DNA from: Catajapyx aquilonaris
Lineage: Eukaryota
Length of the DNA stretch: 63,051 nt
NCBI GenBank assembly: GCA_000934665.2
Contig: JYFJ02000539.1
Span: 62,001 to 125,051 of the forward strand
Reading direction: 5' to 3'
The translations under genes and the position numbers were made by a program. Positions 39,912 to 52,100 of this stretch are shown here, piece by piece. A model generated the notes under the pieces. That model made no database searches and had not been told where the DNA came from. It saw only the letters and a list, made by a program, of their open reading frames with translations. How positions within the stretch are numbered: position 1 is the stretch's first letter; each line of letters begins with the position of its first letter.

Positions 39912-40255
39912 CAGTCTTGCTCATCCTCCTGAAGTCACCCTCCTTCATCAGTGAATTGATAGGAACCAGTAGCCCGCATCCACCTCTGGCTCTGAACAAG
40001 CGCCGGTTACCCCAAACGCCCTCGGTTCCTTGGGGGATCATTTCATCCTGTCAGAACAAAACCATAAGAAGCCAGCCTCCAACGCAAGCCATCAGGACAA
40101 CTTACAAACTCCACTCCGATGGTCCAGTCGGGCCCCATCTCCCCCAGCTTCCCAATCCACTTGACCACCCCTCCGATGGGCCTGGGCGAGTTGTCGTGTC
40201 CGAACCACACCACCCGCTCCCCCACCAGTACCGGCAGACCCGGCACGCACGCCAT
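39912..40255 (-). CDS. Two-exon CYLD-like CAP-Gly domain module (probable alternative 5' coding exons of the RBCK1-like gene)
   Basis: Exons 40255-40106 (MACVPGLPVLVGERVVWFGHDNSPRPIGGVVKWIGKLGEMGPDWTIGVEF|gtaagt) and 40047-39912 (ctgacag|DEMIPQGTEGVWGNRRLFRARGGCGLLVPINSLMKEGDFRRMSKT G|gtgagt), 58-nt intron. Homologous to CYLD exons 62466-62246 and 62009-61871. Confidence 0.85.
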
Positions 40256-40519
40256 CGCCTCAGTCTCACGATGACCTAATATTATCCTATTACCGAAACG
40301 CTGCTAAAATGAGGCTGAAAACAAACTCAAGGTCCTTCACTTCTTTTTTGTCAACTCCTTCGCCTCTCCACTCGATGGGAAGACGGTGCCGCACGATGGG
40401 TGGAGGTGAAGCAGTTCCAGGTGTGCACGTGCTCCTTATCTTGCCCTTATCTTCCGTGTGATTCGACAGGGGACACCGGAATGATCGGGAAGAGACAAAG
40501 AGCTGGAGATAAAGGAAGG

Positions 40520-40640
40520 CGCAGCAGGAGCCGCCATGTTCCTTCTTCCCCCAGTGTGACGTCACGGGGTGCGTTCGGTTGGACGACACTTCAGGCGCCA
40601 AGTTCAACTACAAACTGAACAACATCGAAAAATGGCCATA
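40520..40640 (-). promoter_or_regulatory. Probable promoter/first exon for the CAP-Gly/RBCK1 transcription unit
   Basis: CpG-rich segment with palindromic CRE GTGACGTCAC (40556-40565), AACATGGCG (minus strand, ~40532-40540) and AAAATGGC (~40629) YY1-like motifs. Confidence 0.45.
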
Positions 40641-41103
40641 TCTACGAGTCCAATTACTATAATGGAGGTTTTCCCTCTATACTTTCCCACTGGAAATATT
40701 TTAACCGCATTTCCATATAGACAACCATAATTATGTAAGTAATTATAATCTCTTCTATATTTATTTATTTGTACCCAGTGATGGGGCCGAAGGGCCCATT
40801 TGTGGGGAATATAATCTCGTATTATTATAAAAGGGACAGTTCGCTTGTCCAGGTTTGGTTTCGTACCAACTTCATACCCATTTCATACACCCATACATAG
40901 GACAAGCAAACAAACTTTGCCTTATTTTCGCCATGGCAACCAGTTGCTTTGGCATGTCAAAAAGGCTGTGCATAGCCTACATAGAATGGATTCAGCTGCT
41001 AGTATAAAACAAAATAATTATTTAATCATTGACCCCTAATAGGGTGATGATCCCTCAATGGGGTAAAATTAAATTAAAAAATTAACATTAAAAAATTATT
41101 TAA

Positions 41104-43301
41104 TCATTGTAGCTTCATGTCAGTACAGAAACAAAACTTCTTGAGGTCTGTGTCAGACACACAAGCACTTTGGTTACCGTAGGAGTTAATTCGGAGCACG
41201 TCTCCAACCATTCTAAACTGCTGTGTCTTTGGTGTGTGAATGCATTCTGCCTGGAAGTGAGCACTTCCAGGATCCGTGTGGAAGTTTACCACATAGGTTT
41301 GAGCTTTTAAGTCGCCGTCACAAGTCTCTGGGCCGTACCTGTAAGCTCCTACAATGCTTTTCGTGGACAGGGAGGCGCAATGTTTGTTTGCTGAGATGAG
41401 ATCATTTAACTGGGATAGACTGTATGCTACAGCGTCTTTGACCACTGACTGAGAAGGGTCCACTGCGGTGAATGCCCGACACTTGCACCATTGCTGTGAG
41501 ATTCCAGCTTCTTGGCATGACCTGCTTGGTGGGATGGATTTGAATAAACTTACACCGTGCTTAGACCGTGGTTCTGGTAGGGGTTCCGAGTCTGCCGTGT
41601 CCAGAATATCCCTCAAGGTCTCGTAAACATCAAATGTGCTTGTAAGTCGCTTGGAATTAATTGCAACATTTGCAGTTTCTTCTGGATATGCACGACGAAA
41701 CCAAGGAGGAAGCCACAAAAACAGCATAGGTAAACTTTCTTCCATCCAGCCACCCATGGTTTCACGGATTCGGCCATACCGCAACCCATGATCACTAAAG
41801 AACAACACGACAGTATTATTCATCGCGTCAGATCTGCCTTCACCTTCAAACAATTTCTTCAGAAGCTGATAGTAAGGTTCACCAGCAATGTAGCCAGTGT
41901 TGACGTCGTCGTGTGTCAAAGAAGTTGTCCAGAAAAAGGCAAAATAAGGGTTATTTCTGAACTTCCAGGTGAAGTCCAGAGTGTACTCATTCAGAATATC
42001 GGCTGCTAAACGATCTCCAAAACAAACTTTCAAGCTGTTCATTTGGATAGCTGGCAATTCCTTTTCCGCAGAAAGAAACAGTGGCCTCAAGTAATAATCT
42101 GTTGGCTGCTCCACAAATCCCGTTTTTTCGTTATTAAAATTTCCGCGATATGTAAGGTCTTCGCCATAGGCAGTGATGTACCCTTTTTTGCTGAATGCTT
42201 CCCAAATAAAAGGGCAACTGTCTAATTTAGATAGTTGTCTTGGCCAACAAAATCTCTCAAGTTGTTCCTCAAAATACCCTAAAACAAAAAATTAATGAGC
42301 TGCATAATTACACGAAATGACTTCATACGTGCTTTCAAGAGCCATACCTGTTAGTAACACACTTAAATTTGGCCATGTATTTTCTTCAACTTTTGTGTAC
42401 CCTTTAAATTCAATTGCTCCCTGTTTCTTAAGGTAGTGGATGGCATCTGGCAAAATCCTTCTCGATTGTGCTCGTGAGACTGAATCCAGCCCAATTAGAA
42501 GAAGGCTAAGTGGCCGTGTTGTTTTTTCAAATAACTTATGTGCTTGAGCCATCTTTTTCTCGACAAATTGCGATACTTGTGGATATGCATAGTGACGTCG
42601 ATAGACTTCCTTGTTCTTGTATTTGCACCTGATGCGTATCCAGTCGTGCTCAATAGTTGCCGAAGAGGTGAACACAATACAGCTGCCGACTGTCCTGAAA
42701 TTACAGGGATCATAATCAAGCATTCCCTGCATTACCACGAAGGGTATTGCTTCAGGTGAAAGAAAAACCATAACAAACAGCGACGAAGACCCAACCTGTA
42801 CTCGTTATCCGCCGACCTATCGTAGGAATTCGGATCCTGCGTCACTCGTGCAATTTTCTCGTAGCAACACTGAAGTCTGTTAGGATCATTTATATTATGG
42901 TAATGCAGGGAACCATAGTTGATTTGAATTGTGGAGCCTTCCTTGATGACGAGGGGCGGTATTGTTGTGCAGTTGAGTGTTATGGGTGACACAAGCTTCA
43001 TGATATCATCACTGAATGGATCAACTTCTGGGATTTTACAACCTGAGGTGTAAATTGCGTACTTGGTCTTGTTTTCGGTGTCTAAACAAAAGAGGTACGT
43101 TTTAGTTTCGACTTTATATCCAAGCATGTACAGTAGTAGGCCTGTATGTGCCGGAAATTGATACTCACAATGCACAAATGGCCCCATATGATACCTCCAA
43201 GAGTTGTGGTCATACATGAAGTACTTTGCAAAATATAGGGTTACAAAACCAGATGCAATAATCCATACCAAATGATACTTCGCCTTCATGTTCATCTTCA
43301 T
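41104..43301 (-). CDS. DUF229-family protein (alkaline phosphatase/sulfatase superfamily), predicted type II membrane protein
   Basis: Exons 43301-43169, 43081-42796, 42694-42348, 42278-41104 (646 aa). N-terminal hydrophobic anchor; motifs GCKIP, IGLDSVSR, GYTKVEENTWPNL, CPFIW, QPTDYYLRP, SLTHDD, SDHGLRYG, RLTSTFDVYETL and a C-terminal RINSYGNQSAC...FCFC. Confidence 0.88.
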
Positions 43302-43384
43302 AATCTATCCACAAGTCACAAAATTCTGCGAAAGAGGAACCGGGTATAATATGACATTGTAGCACCAGAGTTAGCACAGTTAAT

Positions 43385-43496
43385 GGGTGGAATTTTTGTC
43401 CCACTGCTAGTTATTGCTAACTTAGCAGTACCATGGCTGGCAGTGTGGTACTAAGTTAGTCTTAGTAACTATAGCAGTGGGACGAGAATTCCACCC
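43385..43496. mobile_element. 112-bp palindromic MITE with 3-bp AAT duplication (PIF/Harbinger-like)
   Basis: aat|GGGTGGAATT..GTCCCACTGCTA ... TAGCAGTGGGAC..AATTCCACCC|aat; ~85 bp upstream of the DUF229 ATG. Confidence 0.65.
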
Positions 43497-43806
43497 AATA
43501 TTGCTATTTTTTTAAAACTGAGTAGGGGAGAGTGGGGATAGCTGTAACACTTTTTGCTTGAAAATTTTTATTTCTGAATGTGCTGCACCAATCGACAAGT
43601 TTCATGAAAAATTTGACGGTTTACAACATGTTTGGCAACATGTCAATATTTAAATTATTATAGTTTTAGTTTTTTGTTGGGTAGTAAATAATATTTCAAA
43701 TTACCCCTGCAGCTGTTACAACCTGCCCCATCCATGGGGCACTTCGTAACAGATTGTACCAGGGTATAAAAATATCAATAATGTCAAACTTGCACGCCAA
43801 TAAATT

Positions 43807-44055
43807 GAATGGGTTAGTGCCATAACGTGCTAAGCCACAAAACCTTCATTCTGAGATATGGGCTTTCAAAAGTTTGGCTTAATATGGCAAATCATACAAA
43901 ACAAGGAACATTATTCGTGATTTTCTCGTGATCTATGGGGAATTTTTCTAACTACGTGATGCCCACTTGTGAAGCACGATGGTGGGACTTTCAGACACGT
44001 GCAAGCTCAAAAAACACAAAAGTGTGGCTTAGCACGTTATGGCACTAACCCCTTC
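43807..44055. mobile_element. 249-bp MITE with AATT target duplication, nested in the outer element
   Basis: TIR GAA(t/g)GGGTTAGTGCCATAACGTGCTAAGCCACA at both ends; AATT at 43803-43806 and 44056-44059. Confidence 0.82.
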
Positions 44056-44436
44056 AATTGTTAATCCAGGCTACACTTCATATTTGGCTACAAGATTACT
44101 GTAGACATATTTTCAAATACATTCAATCCTGGCCTACATAGAGATCGTCAGAATCACAATTGTGGCACGCCACGCATACCAGGGCATGCCCTGTGTACAA
44201 AGTTCATGCACCCATTACGAATTATACTGTATCCACCCTTTTTGAAGAGAAGATGTCTAAAATGGGTTACAGCACCAGCTATTTCATGTTACATCATCAT
44301 CATCATCACCATCACCATCACGACATTTCTCTATGAGGGGTAGTCAGCGATGAAGGGAGACGCAAGCTAACCCAACATATGAACCATATTTATAACATAT
44401 TTCAAGTTACCATAAGTATAATAAGTTACTGTTCGG

Positions 44437-46367
44437 TAGGGCGGCTCGAAAAACACTTTTTTTCGAAAGTTGTAGTTCGCTAGTGAAAAAAGTTGCGTTG
44501 GGTGATCCTTTTGACAGGTAAAAAATTTGAGTCATGTGGGTTAATATCCTACGGTCCCGCCAGGGGCGTTTGTGACGCAACTTACGGGTTTTCGTTTTTT
44601 GGTGTGCGAGTACACTTACCCGGCCTAAACATGAAAAGTTGTGGCCCTTTGGGGGTGAAATGTCGTTATTTTTGCGATATCTTGCACCGTTGACGAGATA
44701 TTGACCAAAACCCCAGGTTCAAAAATTACACCGTTTTGCAAAAAAACACTCTCTTTCGCTCTTTTGAAAACATTTATGTGCTTTTTATGGATTTTGGGGT
44801 GCTGAATCCGAATCCGGCAACAGATCTGCTCTATCACGTACAGTTCTAGAGATATATCGTTTTAAAACCTTGGACGGTTTACTTGGGGTCTTTCCGAATC
44901 AAGTGGGCCTAATGTTGCTAGACCGCCTCGGATCTTGGTGAAAATAATCCCAGATGTACTCATCTATTCCTTAACGCTTCCTATAAAAATTCATCCATAT
45001 TGCTCAATACTATGATGAGGGGAAAAATCGCAAACATCTGGAAATGGCTGAGAATGAGGCCTTTTTTGGAGAATTTTTTTTCGGTTAGTGCAAATGGTCA
45101 AACCCCAATGAACGTATATATCAAAAGAAAGGGAAACACCAGGACAATGCGCCTATGGAATTAGTATTCCTCTAAAATGTAAAAATAAATTTTTATAGCA
45201 TTTCATTTGTCACTTGCACAGTCACATGCCCAAGAATATATTGTGACCTTAACATGTTCTGCAGAAAAATCTTATTTTGGATAAAGGTAGATGGAATATA
45301 CATAGATTAAGGTGTACTGAATCCAGATCTGAAGTCAGAATGGCTCTGTAACGTACATATTTTGAGAAAACTCAAATTTTGGGAGATACGACACTTAAAT
45401 CAAGAATTGTGGTTTTTCACAGTTGGCGCAGTTTATATCCAGGACAGTATAAGGGTTTTCCCCGCAGGACTGCCCGAACCAGTGATATACGTTTTTGTAT
45501 AAGTGTAAAAGGTACGAGAGGGAGTCGGCCAAGGACAGTCGATTATAATTGTTGAGGTCACAATATATTCTTGTGCATGTGACTGAGCAAGTGACAAATG
45601 AAATGCTATAAAAATTTATTTTTACATTTTAGAGGAATACTAATTCCATAGGCGCATTGTCCTGGTGTTTCCCTTTCTTTTGATATATACGTTCATTGGG
45701 GTTTGACCATTTGCACTAACCGAAAAAAAATTCTCCAAAAAAGGTCTCATTCTCAGCCATTTCCAGATGTTTGCGATTTTTCCCCTCATCATAGTATTGA
45801 GCAATATGGCTGAATTTTTATAGGAAGCGTTAAGGAATAGATGAGTACATCTGGGATTATTTTCACCAAGATCCGAGGCGGTCTAGCAACATTAGGCCCA
45901 CTTGATTCGGAAAGACCCCAAGTAAACCGTCCAAGGTTTTAAAACGATATATCTCTAGAACCGTACGTGATATAGCAAATCTGTTGCCGGATTCGGATTC
46001 AGCACCCCAAAATCCATAAAAAGCACATAAATGCTTTCAAAAGAGCGAAAGTGTGTTTTTTTGCAGAACGGTGTAATTTTTGAACCTGGGGTTTTGGTCA
46101 ATATCTCGTCAACGGTGCAAGATATCGCAAAAATAACGACATTTCACCCCCAAAGGGCCACAACTTTTCATGTTTAGGCCGGGTAAGTGTACTCGCACAC
46201 CAAAAAACGAAAACCCGTAAGTTGCGTCACAAACGCCCCTGGCGGGACCGTAGGATATTAACCCACATGACTCAAATTTTTTACCTGTCAAAAGGATCAC
46301 CCAACGCAACTTTTTTCACTAGCGAACTACAACTTTCGAAAAAAAAAGTGTTTTTCGAGCCGCCCTA
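44437..46367. mobile_element. 1.93-kb hAT-like non-autonomous element with ~810-bp inverted arms
   Basis: Termini TAGGGCGGCTCGAAAAAC / GTTTTTCGAGCCGCCCTA; 8-bp TSD CTGTTCGG at 44429-44436 and 46368-46375; arms ~44437-45250 and ~45553-46367 are nearly identical, with a ~300-bp spacer and no transposase ORF. Confidence 0.92.
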
Positions 46368-48099
46368 CTGTTCGGGTATGTTGTACCATATTGTTACAAC
46401 TTGCCCCACCCCCACTCTCCAAACAAATTCATCAGATGGCAGTTTTACCCAACATGTACTTGTTTTCTAGCCATGCAGTTAGATTCTACATGATTCGAGC
46501 TACAAAGTAACTATATAACATATGCCATAGGAGCAAAAAATGGAGAGATTGAAAATGTCACTCAGGTGCTTGCAATCAAACACACAAAATAGGTGCTGAT
46601 TTCTCCGGAGATCCGAAATACACACTGACTAGGCTCATTCCGCCACAGAAAGAGTTTTTAGTGATTCGGACCAAATTCTAATTTCGCCAGAAAACAAGAG
46701 AAAATGCGAGTGCTACAACTTGCCCCACTCTCCCCTACAGTATAATTGAGACATTTTAGTAAATTCAGGCATACCTAATTCACGCTAGTTATTGTTTCAC
46801 GCACTATGGTGACAAGTCCGTGGTAGTGAGTAGTGACCGCGTGACCGATGCTGGTGACTGTTGGAAAAACGGAGAGGAGGAAACGTGGCCAGGATGAAAG
46901 AGGCGGAGGAGATTCTGCTGATGGTGCCATAATGCCCCCCCCCGACATGCTGGGACTGGTTGGCCGAGAGGAGGTGGGAATCCCCGAAGAAACTACCGTA
47001 TTTACTGTTCTTGAATACATACAGTAGTGCATTACACGTAAACAACAGCTGCAGCATTTCGCGTAATGTCTCAGAGCTCAACAACAGATCTACAGTACTG
47101 CATATACGCTATCACTGAGAGACAATGCCAAGCGGAATTTTTTTTATGGATGTGAAGGGGTGTGATAGTCTCATATGCCAGGAACATGAAGCTTTCAAAT
47201 TGAATGTTACGAATGTGATACAGATGCTCATTTTGTTCTGGAATGCCTTTTGTCCTTGCTCATATTCTGACACGAACACATTGGCCTTACTTGAGGCGAA
47301 TTACTATTCTAAACGCAACGTTTAATTTTATTTTTTACATAGACGCTGAAAAAATGTCCCTGTAGTTTTTCCCGGTAATGGTCATCTTTGTCATGCCCTT
47401 ACACTAATCGAGTGTCTATCTATTATAATGCATTAGTTTCTTTTTACCTTAGTTTGTTTCACGACTCGCAATTCCTCCGTACCATATGATATCATGCGGA
47501 GTATATTCAGTAACGTGAAGCACTAAACTGATCCTGCTAATAAGTTTGCGAAGGTCATTCCGTTGTGAATCTGTTTTCACGGGGAGGGATCCAGAATAAA
47601 TGAACGACATCTACACATGCAAATCAGAGACTTATGTGATTCAAAGTGAGAGGCAAAGTAACTAACCATCAAGGATATCGATGTAATAATTATTAATCTT
47701 GATGAACATGACACTTCATCTTGGATACTCCTCACAAGCCGGCTGGTTGCAGGATTGATTAGGTCGCCGGGACAGGTTGATGGGAGAAGCTGAGGGAACT
47801 GAGGTCAATAGGCATCAACTTACAATCTTCAGATGCGACGTTGAGTCCAGTATATATACTGCACAGTATAGCGTCCAACCTGTTAACCCCCGACACCTGA
47901 CATTGGAGGAACTCTCGCTCTTTCCGCAATTAGTCGTCATCACCTGGGCAGTACATTACGCAATAGACATAACCAAAATCCAGTCATGGTTGTGGCTGAC
48001 CTTCGGTTAATTAATCCAGGATATCATAATTAAATCATTTCACGCCAATTTCACTGAAAATACTGCAGTTTATTTCGGTACTGTCATGATGCGTACGAG

Positions 48100-48240
48100 T
48101 ATAAAATACACAAACGAGAAACTCTACGCGTCATATTTGCCGCCAATAATCCGGCCTGTGACGTCATCACTACGACTCAATTATCCTCCGCACATAATTT
48201 ACCTTACGCATCACAATTATTATTACAATTGCAATTTACC
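48100..48240. promoter_or_regulatory. Probable promoter of MAF1 (possibly bidirectional, shared with the DUF229 gene)
   Basis: CpG-rich segment with CRE TGACGTCA (48159-48166) and E2F-like TTTGCCGCC, lying between the divergent DUF229 and MAF1 genes. Confidence 0.4.
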
Positions 48241-48773
48241 CTGCATTTAAACACACGCTTAATGCTCCTACTTGCTCTGCAGTGTGGCCACAGTTGCGCC
48301 CAATTTTCGAGTACTCCTCTGGGGGTACTGCGGCAACCCTCCCGTTCCGCCCCCCACTAGTCCCCCCTCCCAGCCTCCCTGCCCCCCCAGCCCCAACTAC
48401 TGCGCTCCTCTTGAGTTCTCTTCTTCCTTCAACAACACAAACTAGTATACACAGCCCGCCCCACGAACAAGTCGAGCGCAGTGCAGGCCAAGTCAGGCGG
48501 ATTTTGACAGCCCCATTCCGCCACAACAACCGGCACCGCACAGGACGTACCCACTAGTTGGAACAAGTCTCAAGTTGGAACAAGTTGGGAGCACTTCTCA
48601 CAGGAGGGGTAGACCCTGCATAGCAACAAGACCCTGTGTAAGATGATTGTGTACCACACCTAGCCAGTGCTGTACCAGAGTCACTGCTGATTGTAACTAC
48701 ACAGTGCAGAGAGTGTGGGGTGAACTGAGCCGTCCATAAAGGGCAGCTCCTTGCACTGCCAAGCGGGTGTGTT

Positions 48774-48971
48774 ATGATCCGTGCCCCTCGCAGCCGCACC
48801 TGCCCAGAGTCCTTCGCCAGCAGGGTGTTTGAAGAGTACCAGGACCTGATTGAGATGCGCCCGGTGTCGCCCGCCAACCACCCGAGGAGAAAGTCCCTGT
48901 TCAGACACCCCAGGAGCGTGATTAGAAACTTTCGAAGAGCAATACCGACACCCTTACAGAAGCCGTTCTAA
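48774..48971 (+). CDS. Candidate 65-aa upstream ORF/microprotein 5' of MAF1
   Basis: ATG-initiated ORF MIRAPRSRTCPESFASRVFEEYQDLIEMRPVSPANHPRRKSLFRHPRSVIRNFRRAIPTPLQKPF* with GC-rich third positions, ending 151 nt before the MAF1 ATG. No family recognised. Confidence 0.35.
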   Translation: MIRAPRSRTCPESFASRVFEEYQDLIEMRPVSPANHPRRKSLFRHPRSVIRNFRRAIPTPLQKPF

Positions 48972-49122
48972 GAAGACAGTGCAAAGTTACAAGATGTGGG
49001 GGAATACGTGCTGTTAGACGGGAGGAGGTACTAGCCTGTGACTTTGTTTACCTGTGCGCTTTTCTGAAACTGCTGAGGAAGAAAGTGTTGTGAAGAAATA
49101 AAGTGAATCCACGGATTGAAGC

Positions 49123-52100
49123 ATGAAGCTGTTGGAAAGCAGTCGTTTTGAGGCCATTAATACCGCCCTGTCCATTGAGACAGGTGACAGCAAGATTTTT
49201 GGGAGGTCAGTTGATTGTCAGTTCTATGTCAATGCAAGGTGAACATATCTTTGTTGACCCTCACTTTTGAATTAATCTAAAAGGCGACATGTAAACATAG
49301 ATAAGTGTCATACTCCTTTCATAATGTATAAGGAGGGGCAGGTGTTGCCAGATCAGGACAAAATATGACATTAAATATGCAATGAACACACTTGTCCATT
49401 GTGGCGTATTTGTTTGGCCACGGTCGAGGTTTTGCGCAGCATTTCTGTACATGTAACGGAAACCTACCAAGTACAGAATATATTTGCAAGACAGGCAAAT
49501 TCACAATATGTAGGTGTGTTAATACAAAAGCTACGTTTAGCATACCTTTGCTCATGGTAGCTGATTTTATACCCTGCAAATAGGCTTGCAACGCCTGTAA
49601 TTGGATGGGAAGAGGGAGAATCAGCTGAAATGTTGCTGTCAAATGTGTTTCTCAGCTGAGGCAGTTTCAGAAAATTAAGCAAGTTTAGGGCTAGTAAGCC
49701 AACACGTGGGGTGCAAGGATGTGCGAGAAAGCTTGCAAGCATTTAAAGGAGTGATTTGTCGATTTCTCGCTTCCATTGGCTCTGAGCTGACAGGCATTTT
49801 CAAGTCTGAAAACTCATTACTTCATGGTAGTCATACGAGTCCTGGAGGACCTGTATTATTAAAATTAATATATTCTATGTATTTGGAAGTAACACTAGAA
49901 ATTTGATACAATTACAGTGGATGCAGCACATGACACCTCAGTGTAATTCTGTCATAACCATGTAAATTTGCTTTGTGGTAGTTGCTTAGCTCCTGCAGAT
50001 ATTTTCTTCAAAATTTCATAACTTCAAGCATTCTGCATGACTTTTGCAACACAGCTAAATGTCATGCTATCCAGTCATGAGTTGGGAAAATCACAGCTTT
50101 AAACTGCTATCAAAACAAGGACTTCATTCCAAATTGCGTGTCCCTGTCCAAATATCTGACTTTGCGGCTCTGAGGTCATCTTATGACCTACTTGGCAGCC
50201 ATGTTGACACACCCCAGTTGTCATTGAGCATTATCAAAACATTATTTTGGCACTGTAGCTTTCACTACACCCATACGTTTTAGCAAAACCCATGCAGGGG
50301 CACGGAAGAAATTAGAAGTTTGACTTTTTCAAGACCACAGAATTCAGCGGAGAGTTGCATGACTTTTACTTCGTCAAGGACAAACTTGGATGGCAGTAGT
50401 GGTGGGGTAGCTGGGGAGGGGAAAGTCCTTAATTTCTTACCTCCAAAATTATGCAACAGCACAACGTCATTTGGGGGCCGGATGGAGGTGGTTCAGAGCT
50501 GAAGAATCAATTTTACGTGCCAATTTTAACCATGCAGTTTGGCAATATCTTACAATATTTTTGGCCCTATCTGGCAGATTAGATGTACACGATATTGTTG
50601 CAGTTCTGCTCTGGCGAAAGGACATTATTTCAGGTCATGGAGTAAGTGGGATTGCAAAAGGGATTGCGTTATCAGCCATAGTATTGCTATAAAAAAACAC
50701 TGATCTTTATCCTGCAGTTCATTAACCCCTTGCAGGAACTGAGGCACGAATTAAAAATTAGAAACGTGCGCAGGAAGCCTTGCTCCATAAAGAGTCATGC
50801 ATAGGGGCAGGAAAAGTGTACTATGTAAATCGCATTGTGGCAGTACAACTTTGCACAAGTGCTTGCATAACGTGGGCTAAAATTGAAGGTTAACATGTCA
50901 TTAGCCTGAAATCGGATCAACAAATTCACTGAAAAAAAGTGTGCAGTGCACTGGAAAATACCAGGCAGCTCTCCCACAGAAACTCTATATGGTATGAAGG
51001 GAGTTCAACCTGGTGGTGATGACCTTCATCACCAGCAACACTTCCTGTAAGAAGTTTGACCTCTGTTGCTACCCAAGAAAATAAAAGCCCCTTAGGAGAG
51101 GAGGAGGGAAAAAAGAAGCATTAGGGTCCTTGTATATGCAAGTTATTTTTAGTTAGCTTTTTACTCAAGGACAAGACAGGCTGCCACACAGTCTAAATCT
51201 GAACTGACAGGTGTACTGCTTGATGCTTTTCAAATTTTTGGATACAGGGATAAAGTCATGTGTATTTTTGGTCATTTGTCATGATATGTAGCGGTTGCGG
51301 CTTAAAAACAGAAACCGCATGGAGCAGATATATGTTTAAAATGAAGGTGACATTCATTGTCGCTTCATTTTTAATCAATCTGAGTAATTTTCCTTGCAGA
51401 TTTTAAAAATAATTGACACGTGCAGACGACATTTGCTCCCTTGAGGTAGCTTCAGATTACACCCGTGGGAAAGATCTAATTACACACAAAGCCATATGAT
51501 AAAGGCCATGTACTGTACACCAGTCTCTTCATTAAGGCAATGACCTGCCCCATTTTGAAATGTCTTAGTTGGAGATGTCAGATATATTGTGCCTTCAAAT
51601 TCCATAAAGAGGGGTTTCTAATAATGAAGCTAACATTTTCAGGATTGAGAGCTACTCGTGCAAGATGGCTGGAACAGATAAGCAGCTGTACAAGCGCTTT
51701 AATTCGGAGCAAGGCACCACACCTCATGACCTGCAGGCCCTCTCGCCGCCTCAGACGGTCCTGGGAGTGTCACCTGGACGCAGTTACTACAGGTAACGCT
51801 TGTGCAAGCACATCTCATAGATAAGCCACATTTGTTTTCAAGTTCTCTTATGTGGATCGGATTGTTTTGCTCTTGGCAAAGGTCATTGTTACTGATTGTT
51901 GGTAAACAGTGGACAATAATGAAATACAAACTGTCGAAACATGACCGACATTGACACAATCCAGCCTTCACAGTTACTCACATTTTGTCCATTTGAGCAT
52001 TATTTATGTGATATTTATGGTATGGAGGAATTTTTCCCAAGTGTACAAAAAATCATTATCTCTCGCAGCCGTAGTGTGAGTGGCGACGAGGAGGGTCCCC

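Larger units (their letters stand above)
43522..46740. mobile_element. Outer pogo/Tc1-like non-autonomous DNA transposon carrying nested insertions
   Basis: Termini GTAGGGGAGAGTGGGG (43522) and CCCCACTCTCCCCTAC (to ~46738) followed by AG|TA; internal TIR-like repeats TGTTACAAC(c/t)TGCCCCA at ~43713 and ~46392. Confidence 0.75.

Noticed and set aside
44493..46309. Identical 66-aa ORFs at 44493-44693 (+) and 46109-46309 (-)
   Set aside because: Mirror images within the inverted arms of a non-autonomous transposon; TTG starts and no recognisable domain.
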